NCBI GenBank assembly: GCA_035655235.1
Contig: DASRUX010000353.1
Span: 1 to 44,261 of the forward strand
Reading direction: 5' to 3'
DNA length: 44,261 nucleotides
Source: Rhodocyclaceae bacterium
Lineage (GTDB): Bacteria > Pseudomonadota > Gammaproteobacteria > Burkholderiales > Rhodocyclaceae
Within the stretch, counting starts at the first letter, position 1. Every line of letters begins with the position of its first letter. The notes below the pieces were generated by a model. It had not been told where the DNA came from and searched no databases. It saw only the letters and a list, made by a program, of their open reading frames with translations. Below, one piece after another: positions 17,534-27,038 of the stretch. The position numbers and the translations under genes were made by a program.

Positions 17534-18364
17534 ATGGCAGAACAAGCCCATTACTACGTCCCGCCGCCCTCCCCCTGGCCCATCGTCGGCTCCGTCGGCA
17601 TCCTCAGCCTGGCCGGCGGCTTCATCCTGCTCCTGGACAAGGTGGCGGCCGGCCCCTACGTCATGGCCCTGGGGGCGGCCATCCTCATCTACATGCTGTA
17701 CGGCTGGTTCGGCAGCGTCATCCGGGAGGACCGAGCGGGAAAGCTGGAGGGCCAGGTGGATACCTCCTACCGTTGGGGAATGATGTGGTTCATCTTCTCG
17801 GAAGTGATGTTCTTCGGCGGTTTCTTCGGCGCCCTCTTCTACGCCCGGGTTTTCACCCTGCCCTACCTGGAGACGGCCGCCGACCTGATCTGGCCCGGCT
17901 TCACCGCCCACTGGCCCACCGCCGGCCCGGGCCTGCCGGAGCCATTCACCCCCATGCACGCCTGGGGCATCCCGGCGCTGAACACTCTCATCCTGCTCAC
18001 GTCCGGCGCCACCGTCACCTGGGCCCACTGGGGCTTGAAGCGCGGCCGGCGGCGGCAGGCCGAGATCGGCCTCATCGCCACCGTCGCCCTGGGCGTGCTG
18101 TTCATCTGCCTCCAGGCCTACGAATACAGCGAAGCCGCCTTCTCCCTGAAGACAGGCATCTACGGCGCCACCTTCTACATGCTCACCGGCTTCCACGGCC
18201 TGCATGTGACCTTGGGGGCCATCATGCTGACGGTGATCACCTTCCGGGTCTTCGCCGGCCACTTCACCCCGGAGAGCCATTTCGGCTTCGAAGCGGCCTC
18301 CTGGTACTGGCACTTTGTGGATGTGGTGTGGCTGCTGCTGTTCGTTTTCGTCTATTGGCTGTGA
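17534..18364 (+). CDS. coxC: Cytochrome c oxidase subunit III (locus 2)
   Basis: ATG at 17534 preceded by GGAGG. FYMLTGFHGLHVTLG and WYWHFVDVVWLLLFVFVYWL. Confidence 0.93.
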   Translation: MAEQAHYYVPPPSPWPIVGSVGILSLAGGFILLLDKVAAGPYVMALGAAILIYMLYGWFGSVIREDRAGKLEGQVDTSYRWGMMWFIFSEVMFFGGFFGALFYARVFTLPYLETAADLIWPGFTAHWPTAGPGLPEPFTPMHAWGIPALNTLILLTSGATVTWAHWGLKRGRRRQAEIGLIATVALGVLFICLQAYEYSEAAFSLKTGIYGATFYMLTGFHGLHVTLGAIMLTVITFRVFAGHFTPESHFGFEAASWYWHFVDVVWLLLFVFVYWL

Positions 18365-18434
18365 ATTTTCGAGATTGAGGCCTGATAGGGAACGCCCTAC
18401 GCTTCCCCATGTCATTGACCAACTGGGGAAAAGC

Positions 18435-18611
18435 ATGGAATCGACCGCCGTCCGGGCTCCTGCCAAAGCCCATGATGTCTTGGCGCAATACGTTCGCACG
18501 GCCAGCCAGCTGCATACCCACATGGACCGCATCCGCCGCAACCATGCCGAAATCCACGGCAGCCTGAGCCGGGCTGCGGCAGCGCTGCGCTCCATCAGCC
18601 GGAAGAAGTAA
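18435..18611 (+). CDS. Small hypothetical protein (58 aa)
   Basis: ATG preceded by GGGGAA, fair GC3, helical basic sequence. No family recognised; it may not be a real gene. Confidence 0.3.
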   Translation: MESTAVRAPAKAHDVLAQYVRTASQLHTHMDRIRRNHAEIHGSLSRAAAALRSISRKK

Positions 18612-18702
18612 GGCGCCCTGCCCCCCTTCCCCCGGCGGCGAGGATGTCCGCGGCATCGCGGGGTGAGCTATTCTTGTCCCAGTGACGAGAACATCGCCTG
18701 AC

Positions 18703-19482
18703 ATGGATCTATACGACTCCCCCGCCACCTGCTTCATCTCTGCCCGGACCCAGCACCAAATCCGCACGGTAGCCATCCGGGACGACATCCTGGTGCTGAT
18801 ACGCCAAGGCACCAAGACCCTCATCGACCAAGGACACTCGCGGACCGTGGGGGCGGGCATGGCCGCCGTCCTGGCCCACGGCTCCCAGTGGGACGTCATC
18901 AACGTTCCTGGCAGCAACGGACGCTACGAGGCCCTGGTCCTCCAGTTCGGGGATCGGGCCGTCGAGGACTTCGAACGGCTGTACGGCACCCAATACGCCA
19001 CGGAACGGGTCGAAGGCAGCTTCATCGCCAGCCCCGACCGGGAACTGGCCGACACCGTGGCCCGCACCGCCGAAAGCATCGCCGACCCGGAAGCCTCCCA
19101 GCAGTTGCGCCACCACCGGGTGCTCGAAATCCTCCTGCTGCTGGCAGAAACGGGCTGCCTCCTGCGGCCCCGGCAGGAACTGAACTGGCCGGACCGCCTG
19201 CGGCGGATGATCAGCCACCGCCCCCACGGGGAATGGACCATCGACAGCCTCGCCCTCGCCTGCGCCACCAGCGCCAGCACCCTGCGCCGCCGACTGGCGG
19301 AACACGATCTCACCGTGGCGGGGCTGGTCCGGGAAATCCGGCTGGAAACCGCCATGCTCCTGTTGCAGACCACCGCCCTGCCGGTGGGCGAAATCGCCCA
19401 GCGTTGCGGCTACGAATCCCACAGCCGCTTTTCCGTGGCCTTCAAGGCCCGCTACGGCTTTGTACCGTCCCACCTGCGCTGA
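18703..19482 (+). CDS. AraC family transcriptional regulator
   Basis: C-terminal double HTH (LACATSASTLRRRLAEHDLT ... GEIAQRCGYESHSRFSVAFKARYGFVPS). N-terminal cupin-like half. An alternative GTG start lies at 18682. Confidence 0.85.
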   Translation: MDLYDSPATCFISARTQHQIRTVAIRDDILVLIRQGTKTLIDQGHSRTVGAGMAAVLAHGSQWDVINVPGSNGRYEALVLQFGDRAVEDFERLYGTQYATERVEGSFIASPDRELADTVARTAESIADPEASQQLRHHRVLEILLLLAETGCLLRPRQELNWPDRLRRMISHRPHGEWTIDSLALACATSASTLRRRLAEHDLTVAGLVREIRLETAMLLLQTTALPVGEIAQRCGYESHSRFSVAFKARYGFVPSHLR

Positions 19483-19577
19483 CTGGACAGCCGCGCACAA
19501 TTCCTGAGCGGGCGCGGATAACGGCCATGGCCGCCTCTTGGCGACAATATCCCCGTCACTTCACGGAGGAAACCGTC

Positions 19578-20132
19578 ATGTTCAAGACCAAGGCCGCCCT
19601 TGCGGCAACCCTGCTGTCCCTGGCCGCCACCGGCTACGCCGGCGACTTCACTCTGGCCAGCCCGACCCTCAAGCCCGGCGGCACGCTCCCGGCCGACAAT
19701 GTGCTGAACAGCTTCGGCTGCACGGGCGGGAACACCTCGCCGGAACTGCGCTGGCAAGGCCTGCCCGCCGGCACCCGCAGCCTGGCCCTCACCGTGTACG
19801 ACCCGGACGCGCCCACCGGGTCCGGCTGGTGGCATTGGGTGGTGATCAATCTGCCCGTCGATGCGAAGGGCCTGCCGGCCGGCGCCGGCAACGGCAGCGG
19901 AGAAAAACTCCCCGCTGGCGCCCGGCAAATCAGGACTGATTTCGGCGAGCCCGGCTATGGCGGCGCCTGCCCGCCCCCGGGGGACAAGCCCCACCGCTAT
20001 GTCTTCACCCTGCACGCCCTGAAGACCGAGCGCCTCGACCTCCCCGACAATGCGACTGCCGCCCTGGCGGGATTCATGATCAACGCCAACAGCCTGGGCA
20101 AAGCCACCTTCACCGTCCGCTACGGACGTTAA
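19578..20132 (+). CDS. YbhB/YbcL family (PEBP / Raf kinase inhibitor-like) periplasmic protein
   Basis: Signal peptide. LTVYDPDAPTGSGWWHWVV and PPPGDKPHRYVFTLHAL motifs. GGAGGA RBS. Confidence 0.85.
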   Translation: MFKTKAALAATLLSLAATGYAGDFTLASPTLKPGGTLPADNVLNSFGCTGGNTSPELRWQGLPAGTRSLALTVYDPDAPTGSGWWHWVVINLPVDAKGLPAGAGNGSGEKLPAGARQIRTDFGEPGYGGACPPPGDKPHRYVFTLHALKTERLDLPDNATAALAGFMINANSLGKATFTVRYGR

Positions 20133-20149
20133 GGCAAGCGGACCGGCGG

Positions 20150-20476
20150 TCAGAAGCCGCCGTTCCGCATCAGTACATAGACCGCCGTCCCGACTCCGAT
20201 GCTGAGCAGGGCATTCCGGCTCCGCCATTGCAGCGCCACCACCAGGGCGACGGCGGCCAGCTCCGGCCAGGGGCCGCCTGGGTGGCTGCCGGCCGCCCCC
20301 GCCGCCGAATGGACCAGGAGCAGGGTCATGATGGCCAGGGGCAGGAATTGCCCCAGGCGCTGCACCACCGGCTGCCGGCGGAGCCAGTGATCAGCCACGA
20401 AGGGCAAGGCCCGCAGGGCGAAGGTAACCAGCCCCATGGCGAAGATGACGGCAAGTACGTAGCCGGTTTCGATCAT
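20150..20476 (-). CDS. azlD: Branched-chain amino acid exporter small subunit AzlD
   Basis: 108 aa, hydrophobic, with N-terminal FALRALPF motif. 4-nt overlap with azlC. Confidence 0.8.
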   Translation of the reverse strand: MIETGYVLAVIFAMGLVTFALRALPFVADHWLRRQPVVQRLGQFLPLAIMTLLLVHSAAGAAGSHPGGPWPELAAVALVVALQWRSRNALLSIGVGTAVYVLMRNGGF

Positions 20477-21183
20477 TTCGCCTCCACTTCATCGGAAGCG
20501 CCGGCCCGCCGGAAGACGCCGGCGACGATGCACAGGGCAATGGCGATCACCAGGGCATGGGGCGCCGCCAGGAGGTAGGCGACGCCGTAGGCCGCCAGCG
20601 CCACCCACAGGGGCGCCGAACCCTTCCGCGTCCGCCACTGCTCCACCGCCAGGACCGCGAACAGGGCGGTGAGGGTGAAATCGAGGCCCGCCAAGCCGAT
20701 CCGGGCCTGGGCGCCGGCGATGGCGCCGATGGCACTCCCCAGCACCCACCAGCCCTGGTTGAGCAGGGTGATGAGAAGCATCTGCCGGTGGGAGGCGGTG
20801 GCTGGCAGGGCGGTGAGGAGGGAATAGGTTTCGTCTGTGAGCCCGAAGACCAGATACCAGCGTTTCAATCCCGACGAAGGCATCCGGTTGAGGAGCGACA
20901 GGCCATAGAAGACATGGCGCAGGTTGAGGATCAGGGTGGCCAGGGCGATGCCGCCGATGGAGGCCCCCGCCGCCAGCATGGGGATCATCATGTACTGAGC
21001 GGCGCCGGCGAAGACGAAGACGCTCGCCAGGATCGCCAGCCACCAGGCCGCCCCCGCCTGGACGAAGAGGAAGCCGAACACCGCCCCCAGCGGGATGTAG
21101 CCCATGGCCACGGGCACGGTCAGGGAGAGGGCAGACAGGCCCTTCCCCCCGTTGCCCGGCGGTGCGGAAGTCCGGTTTTCCAA
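20473..21183 (-). CDS. azlC: AzlC family branched-chain amino acid permease subunit
   Basis: Polytopic. VPVAMGYIPLGAVFGFLFVQAG is typical of the AzlC N-terminus. The ORF opens with TTG and has no clear SD, so the start is uncertain. Confidence 0.82.
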   Translation of the reverse strand: MENRTSAPPGNGGKGLSALSLTVPVAMGYIPLGAVFGFLFVQAGAAWWLAILASVFVFAGAAQYMMIPMLAAGASIGGIALATLILNLRHVFYGLSLLNRMPSSGLKRWYLVFGLTDETYSLLTALPATASHRQMLLITLLNQGWWVLGSAIGAIAGAQARIGLAGLDFTLTALFAVLAVEQWRTRKGSAPLWVALAAYGVAYLLAAPHALVIAIALCIVAGVFRRAGASDEVEAK

Positions 21184-21190
21184 AGGAGCT

Positions 21191-22546
21191 TTATCCGCCG
21201 GTGGAAGCCAGGGCGGCCAGGAGCTTGCCGTGGATGCCGCCGAAGCCGCCGTTGCTCATGACCAGCACCTGATCCCCGGGCTTGGCGGCGGCCGCGATGC
21301 GCTGGACCAGGGTATCCAAATCGTCCTCCACGACGGCCTTGGCGCCCATTGGCGCCAGGGCCTCCGCCGCATCCCAGCCCAGGTTGTTGGCGTAGCAGAA
21401 AACCAAGTCGGTTTCGGCAAGGCTGCCCGGCAGCTGGCTCTTCATCACCCCGAGCTTCATGGTGTTGGAACGGGGCTCCAGCACCGCCAGGATGCGGGCC
21501 GACCCGACCTTGCGCCGCAGGCCGGCGACGGTGGTGGCGATGGCCGTGGGGTGGTGGGCAAAATCGTCATAAACCGTGACGCCCCGCTCGCTGCCCCGGA
21601 CTTCCATACGGCGCTTCACATTCACGAAGCGGGACAGGGCGTCCAGGCCCTTGTCCAGGGGCACCCCCACATGGCGGGCGGCCAGGATGGCGGCGCAGGC
21701 GTTGGCCCGGTTGTGGTCCCCGGAAAGCTGCCAGACGGTGCGACCGATTTCGCCCTGGGGGCCATGGAGCACCAGCTCGCCGGTGGCGTCGTCGCCGCTG
21801 ACGAAATAGCCGCCCCGGTCGTTGAAGCGCTCCACCGGCGTCCAGCAGCCCCGGGCCAGCACCCGTTTCAGGCTCTCTTCGGCCCCGTTGGAAACCACCA
21901 GCCCGGAAGCCGGAATCGTTCGCACCAGATGATGGAACTGGGTTTCGATCGCCGCCAGATCAGCGAAGATGTCGGCATGATCGAATTCCAGGTTGTTCAG
22001 CACCGCCGTCCTGGGGCGGTAATGGACGAACTTGGACCGCTTGTCGCAGAAAGCGGTGTCGTACTCGTCCGCCTCGATGACGAAGAAAGGCGTGTCCCCC
22101 AGCCGGGCGGAAACGCCGAAGTTCATGGGCACGCCGCCGATCAGGAAGCCCGGGTCCATGCCCGCGTCTTCCAGGATCCAGGCCAGCATGGAACTGGTGG
22201 TGGTCTTGCCGTGGGTGCCGGCCACAGCCAGGACCCAGCGCCCCTGGAGGACATGCTCCGCCAGCCACTGGGGGCCGGAAACGTAGGGCAACCCTTGGTC
22301 GAGGATGGCCTCTAACAGCGGGTTGCCGCGGGAGATGGCGTTGCCCACCACGAAGACATCCGGCTTGAGATTCAATTGCTCGACGCCATAGCCTTCGATC
22401 AGGTCCACGCCGGCCCCGCGGAGCTGGTCGCTCATGGGCGGATAGACATTGGCGTCGCAACCGGTGACTCGATGGCCGGCAGCCCGCGCCAGTTGCGCGA
22501 TGCCGCCCATGAAAGTGCCGCAGATACCCAGAATATGAATGTGCAT
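21191..22546 (-). CDS. mpl: UDP-N-acetylmuramate:L-alanyl-gamma-D-glutamyl-meso-diaminopimelate ligase (murein peptide ligase)
   Basis: Start at MHIHILGICGTFMGGIAQLA (22546). Mur ligase P-loop VAGTHGKTTTSSM. The 675-aa ORF extension upstream is non-coding-like. Confidence 0.92.
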   Translation of the reverse strand: MHIHILGICGTFMGGIAQLARAAGHRVTGCDANVYPPMSDQLRGAGVDLIEGYGVEQLNLKPDVFVVGNAISRGNPLLEAILDQGLPYVSGPQWLAEHVLQGRWVLAVAGTHGKTTTSSMLAWILEDAGMDPGFLIGGVPMNFGVSARLGDTPFFVIEADEYDTAFCDKRSKFVHYRPRTAVLNNLEFDHADIFADLAAIETQFHHLVRTIPASGLVVSNGAEESLKRVLARGCWTPVERFNDRGGYFVSGDDATGELVLHGPQGEIGRTVWQLSGDHNRANACAAILAARHVGVPLDKGLDALSRFVNVKRRMEVRGSERGVTVYDDFAHHPTAIATTVAGLRRKVGSARILAVLEPRSNTMKLGVMKSQLPGSLAETDLVFCYANNLGWDAAEALAPMGAKAVVEDDLDTLVQRIAAAAKPGDQVLVMSNGGFGGIHGKLLAALASTGG

Positions 22547-22600
22547 GAAACAAAGACCCGTTAGAATGAAGACGATTTTACTCCGACGGAGCAAGAAGCC

Positions 22601-23203
22601 ATGCCCCGCCATGACCGGCCGCGAATGACACCCCATGCGCGCGCCAGCATCGCCAGCGCCGCCGCCCGCCTGATGGCCGAGGACGGCATCACCGATTTCC
22701 ATCTCGCCAAGAAAAAGGCTGCCCGCCAGCTTGGCCTGCCGGACCACACCGCCTTTCCCGACAACGCCGAGGTCGAGGCCGAACTGCGCGCCTACCTGTC
22801 CATCTACCGGGACGGCGAGCACGCCATCCTGCTCCACAACCTGCGCCAGACCGCCCTGGAGCTGATGGAACTGCTCGCCGATTTCCGGCCCTACCTCACC
22901 GGCTCGGTCCTGGACGGCACCGCCGGCGAGCATTCCCGCATCGATATCCTGCTCTTCGCCGACAGCGCCAAGGAGGTGGAAATCTTCCTCCTCAACCAAG
23001 GCATCGATTTCGAGCACGTCGAGCCCCGGAACGACAAGGCCGAAGCCGTCCTGGTGGTCGAAACCGAAGATGCCGACGCCAACCTGGTGATCTTCCCGCC
23101 CCAACTGGAGCGCACTGCCTTCAAGCACCGGGACGGCCGCACCCGGGAACGGGCCCGCATCGACGCCGTGGCCGCCCTCCTGGAACAGGAAGCGGCGGAA
23201 TGA
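22601..23203 (+). CDS. Conserved hypothetical protein, possibly a degenerate nucleotidyltransferase fold
   Basis: 200 aa, divergent from mpl. LTGSVLDGTAGEHSRIDILLF resembles the pol-beta NTase G[SG]-x(9-13)-D-h-[DE] motif but lacks the second acidic residue. Confidence 0.55.
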   Translation: MPRHDRPRMTPHARASIASAAARLMAEDGITDFHLAKKKAARQLGLPDHTAFPDNAEVEAELRAYLSIYRDGEHAILLHNLRQTALELMELLADFRPYLTGSVLDGTAGEHSRIDILLFADSAKEVEIFLLNQGIDFEHVEPRNDKAEAVLVVETEDADANLVIFPPQLERTAFKHRDGRTRERARIDAVAALLEQEAAE

Positions 23204-23736
23204 AGCAGCGCTGGGCACTGATCGGAGCCGGGGTAATCCTGGCCTTGGCCGCCTTCGCCGCCGGCCTGTTCCTTTCCCGCCCCGCCGCCCCGCCGGTCCA
23301 GGCCGAACTGCCCGCCCCGGAAGCGGTGCAAAAGCTGTTCGACACCCCGATGTTGGACGCCGCCGGCCAACGGACCTCCCTCGCCCGCTGGAAAGGGAAG
23401 CCCCTGCTGGTCAACTTCTGGGCCACCTGGTGCCCGCCCTGTCTGGTGGAGATGCCGGCCTTCTCGCGCCTCCAAGAAAAGCATAACGACGTGCAATTTG
23501 TGGGCATTGCCGTCGATTCGGCAGAGAACGTGCAGAAATTTTCTGCCGCCAAACCCGTTTCCTACCCGCTCCTGGTGGGTGGGGAGAACGTCATGCCCCT
23601 CATGGCGCAGTTGGGCAACAATCGGAACGGCCTGCCCTTCACGTTGATCCTCGATGGCAACGGCCAGGTACGGCATATCCGCCTGGGCGGCCTTTCCGAG
23701 ACGGAAGCGGAAAAGCTCATATCCAGCCTAAGGTAA
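23200..23736 (+). CDS. TlpA/ResA-like periplasmic thiol:disulfide oxidoreductase
   Basis: N-terminal TM anchor, NFWATWCPPCLVEMP thioredoxin motif, ATGA overlap with the upstream ORF. Confidence 0.85.
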   Translation: MKQRWALIGAGVILALAAFAAGLFLSRPAAPPVQAELPAPEAVQKLFDTPMLDAAGQRTSLARWKGKPLLVNFWATWCPPCLVEMPAFSRLQEKHNDVQFVGIAVDSAENVQKFSAAKPVSYPLLVGGENVMPLMAQLGNNRNGLPFTLILDGNGQVRHIRLGGLSETEAEKLISSLR

Positions 23737-23781
23737 TACCAGGCTAGACAAATTGCGCCGAATTACGGCAAACTTGCCGGC

Positions 23782-24261
23782 ATGAAGAAGCAAAATTCCG
23801 CTTCCGGAAAAACTTCCAAGGCGCGTATCCTCGTTATCCACGGCCCTAATCTGAACCTGCTCGGCACCCGCGAGCCGGATCATTACGGCCGCGCGACCCT
23901 GGCCGACATCAACCTGGCCCTCTCCCGTCGAGCGGAGTCAGCGGAAGCGGAGCTGGAAACCTTCCAGAGCAACCACGAAGGAGCCCTCATCGAGCGCGTT
24001 CACGCCGCCCGGGAGCAGGGAGTCCAGGCCATCATCATCAACCCGGCCGGCTATACCCATACCAGCGTCGCCCTGCGGGACGCCCTGGCGGCGGTGGCCA
24101 TTCCCTTCGTGGAAGTGCATCTCTCGAATGTCTATGCGCGGGAGCCTTTCCGCCATCATTCCTATTTTTCAGCCCTGGCCATCGGAGTCATCTCCGGGCT
24201 AGGCAACGAGGGCTACATGCTCGCCCTCGAATACCTGCTGAACAAGCTCAACACCGATTAA
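23782..24261 (+). CDS. aroQ: Type II 3-dehydroquinate dehydratase
   Basis: [36 protein letters not shown] and EVHLSNV motifs. Confidence 0.95.
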   Translation: MKKQNSASGKTSKARILVIHGPNLNLLGTREPDHYGRATLADINLALSRRAESAEAELETFQSNHEGALIERVHAAREQGVQAIIINPAGYTHTSVALRDALAAVAIPFVEVHLSNVYAREPFRHHSYFSALAIGVISGLGNEGYMLALEYLLNKLNTD

Positions 24262-24316
24262 GTCGCAAACGTTCGGCATTTTGCTTCGAACGTCCGCAAA
24301 AACTAGGGGAGTATCC

Positions 24317-24769
24317 ATGGATCTGCGCAAACTCAAGAAACTCATCGACCTCGTCCAGGAATCGGGCATTTCCGAACTGGAAGTCACCGAAGGCGAGGAA
24401 AAAGTCCGGATCGCCAAGCACATTGCCGCTCCGATGCAGGCCCAGCAGTACATGATGCCCATGCAGGCCGCCCCCGTCGCCGCTCCGGCCGGCACCAGTT
24501 CCGTCAACCTGGACGACGAGGACGAGCTGCCGGAAGGCCACGTCGTCAAGGCCCCCATGGTCGGCACCTTCTACCGCTCCCCCTCCCCCGGCGCCAGCCC
24601 CTTCGCCGAAGTCGGCCAGGCCGTGAAGCAGGGCGACACCCTGTGCATCATCGAAGCCATGAAGCTCCTCAACGAAATCGAAGCCGATGCTTCCGGCGTC
24701 ATCAAGGCCATCCTGGTCGATAACGGCGAGCCGGTGGAATTCGGCGAGCCCCTGTTCGTCATCGGCTGA
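24317..24769 (+). CDS. accB: Acetyl-CoA carboxylase biotin carboxyl carrier protein
   Basis: [14 protein letters not shown]-terminus, Pro/Ala linker, biotinylation motif [22 protein letters not shown]. Confidence 0.95.
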   Translation: MDLRKLKKLIDLVQESGISELEVTEGEEKVRIAKHIAAPMQAQQYMMPMQAAPVAAPAGTSSVNLDDEDELPEGHVVKAPMVGTFYRSPSPGASPFAEVGQAVKQGDTLCIIEAMKLLNEIEADASGVIKAILVDNGEPVEFGEPLFVIG

Positions 24770-24776
24770 TAGCGCC

Positions 24777-26132
24777 ATGTTTGAAAAGATTCTGATCGCC
24801 AACCGCGGCGAGATCGCCCTGCGGGTGCAGCGTGCCTGCCGCGAACTGGGCATCAAGACGGTGGTCGTCCATTCGGAAGCCGACCGGGAAGCCAAGTACG
24901 TCAAGCTGGCCGACGAGTCGGTCTGCATCGGCCCGGCCGCTTCGGCACTCAGCTACCTCAATGTCCCGGCCATCATCTCGGCGGCCGAGGTCACTGATGC
25001 CCAGGCCATTCACCCGGGCTACGGCTTCCTGTCCGAGAACGCCGACTTCGCCGAGCGGGTCGAGTCCTCCGGTTTCGTCTTCATCGGCCCCCGGGCAGAA
25101 ACCATCCGCCTGATGGGCGACAAGGTTTCCGCCAAGAACGCCATGAAGGCGGCCAGCGTTCCCTGCGTCCCGGGTTCCGACGGCGCTCTTCCGGAAGACC
25201 CCAAGGAAATCATCCGGATCGCCCGAGCCATCGGCTATCCGGTGATCATCAAGGCTGCCGGCGGCGGCGGCGGGCGCGGCATGCGGGTGGTCCATACCGA
25301 GGCTGCTCTGGTCAATGCCGTGCAGATGACCCGCACCGAAGCCCAGACCGCCTTCGGCAACCCGACGGTGTACATGGAGAAGTTCCTGGAGAACCCGCGC
25401 CATGTGGAAATCCAGGTCCTGGCCGACGAGTTCAAGAACGCCGTCTACCTGGGCGAGCGGGATTGCTCCATGCAGCGCCGCCACCAGAAGATCATCGAGG
25501 AGGCTCCGGCCCCCCACATCGCCCCGCGCCACATCGCCCGCATCGGCGAGCGTTGCGCCGAGGCCTGCCGCCGCATCGGCTACCGGGGCGCCGGCACCTT
25601 CGAATTCCTGTACGAAAACGGCGAGTTCTATTTCATCGAGATGAACACCCGGGTCCAGGTGGAGCATCCGGTATCCGAGGCCATCACCGGCATCGACATC
25701 GTCCAGGAGCAGATCCGCGTTGCCGCCGGCGAGAAGCTGCGCTTCAAGCAGCGGGACATCAACTTCAAGGGCCATGCCATCGAATGCCGCATTAACGCCG
25801 AAGATCCCTTCACGTTCGTGCCATCTCCCGGCAAGATCAGCTTCTACCATCCGCCCGGCGGCCCCGGCATCCGGGTCGATTCCCACATCTACCAGGGCTA
25901 TACCGTCCCGCCCCATTACGATTCCATGGTGGCCAAGGTCATCGCCTACGGCGACACCCGGGAACAGGCCATCCGCCGCATGCGCATCGCTCTTTCCGAG
26001 ATGAGCGTGGAAGGCATCAAAACCAACATCGCCCTGCACCATGAGTTGATGCACGACGCCCGCTTTGTCGAAGGCGGCACCAGCATCCACTACCTGGAGC
26101 AGAAACTGGCACAGAAGAACGAGGTCAAGTAG
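24777..26132 (+). CDS. accC: Acetyl-CoA carboxylase biotin carboxylase subunit
   Basis: [20 protein letters not shown]-grasp [14 protein letters not shown], and [14 protein letters not shown]. Confidence 0.97.
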   Translation: MFEKILIANRGEIALRVQRACRELGIKTVVVHSEADREAKYVKLADESVCIGPAASALSYLNVPAIISAAEVTDAQAIHPGYGFLSENADFAERVESSGFVFIGPRAETIRLMGDKVSAKNAMKAASVPCVPGSDGALPEDPKEIIRIARAIGYPVIIKAAGGGGGRGMRVVHTEAALVNAVQMTRTEAQTAFGNPTVYMEKFLENPRHVEIQVLADEFKNAVYLGERDCSMQRRHQKIIEEAPAPHIAPRHIARIGERCAEACRRIGYRGAGTFEFLYENGEFYFIEMNTRVQVEHPVSEAITGIDIVQEQIRVAAGEKLRFKQRDINFKGHAIECRINAEDPFTFVPSPGKISFYHPPGGPGIRVDSHIYQGYTVPPHYDSMVAKVIAYGDTREQAIRRMRIALSEMSVEGIKTNIALHHELMHDARFVEGGTSIHYLEQKLAQKNEVK

Positions 26133-26135
26133 ATC

Positions 26136-27038
26136 ATGGGATGGCAGAGCGTCAGCTTCCTAACTGACGCAGCGCACGCCGAGCCTTTGTGCGATGCGCT
26201 GCTGGAGGCCGGCGCCCTGTCGGCCAGCATCGAGGATGCCGACGCCGGCACCCCCGAGGAGCGTCCCCAGTTCGGGGAACCCGGCTCCATCAACACCCCG
26301 GGCTGGGACCGCTCCAAGATCGTCGCCCTGTTCGAGGCGGACGCCAATGTCGATACCCTCATCGCGGAAGCCATCGCCGCCATCGGCCTGCCGGCGGTGC
26401 CCGAATTGACGGTGGTGGACGTGGCCGAGCAGAACTGGGTGCAGCTCACCCAGTCCCAGTTCGACCCCATCCGCATCTCCGACCGGCTGTGGATCGTGCC
26501 CTCCTGGCACGAGGCCCCGTCCCCGGACGCCATCAACCTCATCCTCGACCCGGGCATGGCCTTCGGTACCGGTTCCCACCCCACCACCCGGCTGTGCCTG
26601 GAGTGGCTGGAGCGGAACGTGACCGCCGGCTGTACCCTCCTCGACTACGGCTGCGGCTCCGGCATCCTGGCCATCGCCGCCGCCAAACTGGGGGCCGGCG
26701 AAGTGTCCGGCGTCGATATCGATCCCCAGGCGGTGGAGGCCGCCAAGGCCAATGCGGAGCGCAACGGCGTCACCGGCCGTTTCGCCGACTCGGCGGACGC
26801 CCTGGCCGGAGAGTATGATGTCGTCGTGGCGAACATCCTCTCCAATCCCCTCAAGGTCTTGGCCCCGGCCATCTGCGCCCATGTGCGCCCCGGCGGCAAG
26901 CTGGCCCTGTCCGGCATCCTGGCCGAGCAGGCCGAGGAGATCATCGCCATCTACGCCCCCTGGCTGCCCCTCGCCGTCGCCGACACCCGCGAGGGCTGGG
27001 TCTGCCTGGCCGGGCAAAAGGCAGGGAAAGGGGCCTGA
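26136..27038 (+). CDS. prmA: Ribosomal protein L11 methyltransferase
   Basis: 300 aa. [22 protein letters not shown] and SAM motif [19 protein letters not shown]. Conserved position after accBC. Confidence 0.92.
   Translation: MGWQSVSFLTDAAHAEPLCDALLEAGALSASIEDADAGTPEERPQFGEPGSINTPGWDRSKIVALFEADANVDTLIAEAIAAIGLPAVPELTVVDVAEQNWVQLTQSQFDPIRISDRLWIVPSWHEAPSPDAINLILDPGMAFGTGSHPTTRLCLEWLERNVTAGCTLLDYGCGSGILAIAAAKLGAGEVSGVDIDPQAVEAAKANAERNGVTGRFADSADALAGEYDVVVANILSNPLKVLAPAICAHVRPGGKLALSGILAEQAEEIIAIYAPWLPLAVADTREGWVCLAGQKAGKGA

Noticed and set aside
24269-24293. 7-bp stem (acgttcg / cgaacgt) with an 11-nt loop upstream of accB, considered as an attenuator or terminator.
   Set aside because: The stem is short, has no U-run and has no recognisable conserved structure. 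It is mentioned only as a weak possibility related to accBC autoregulation.
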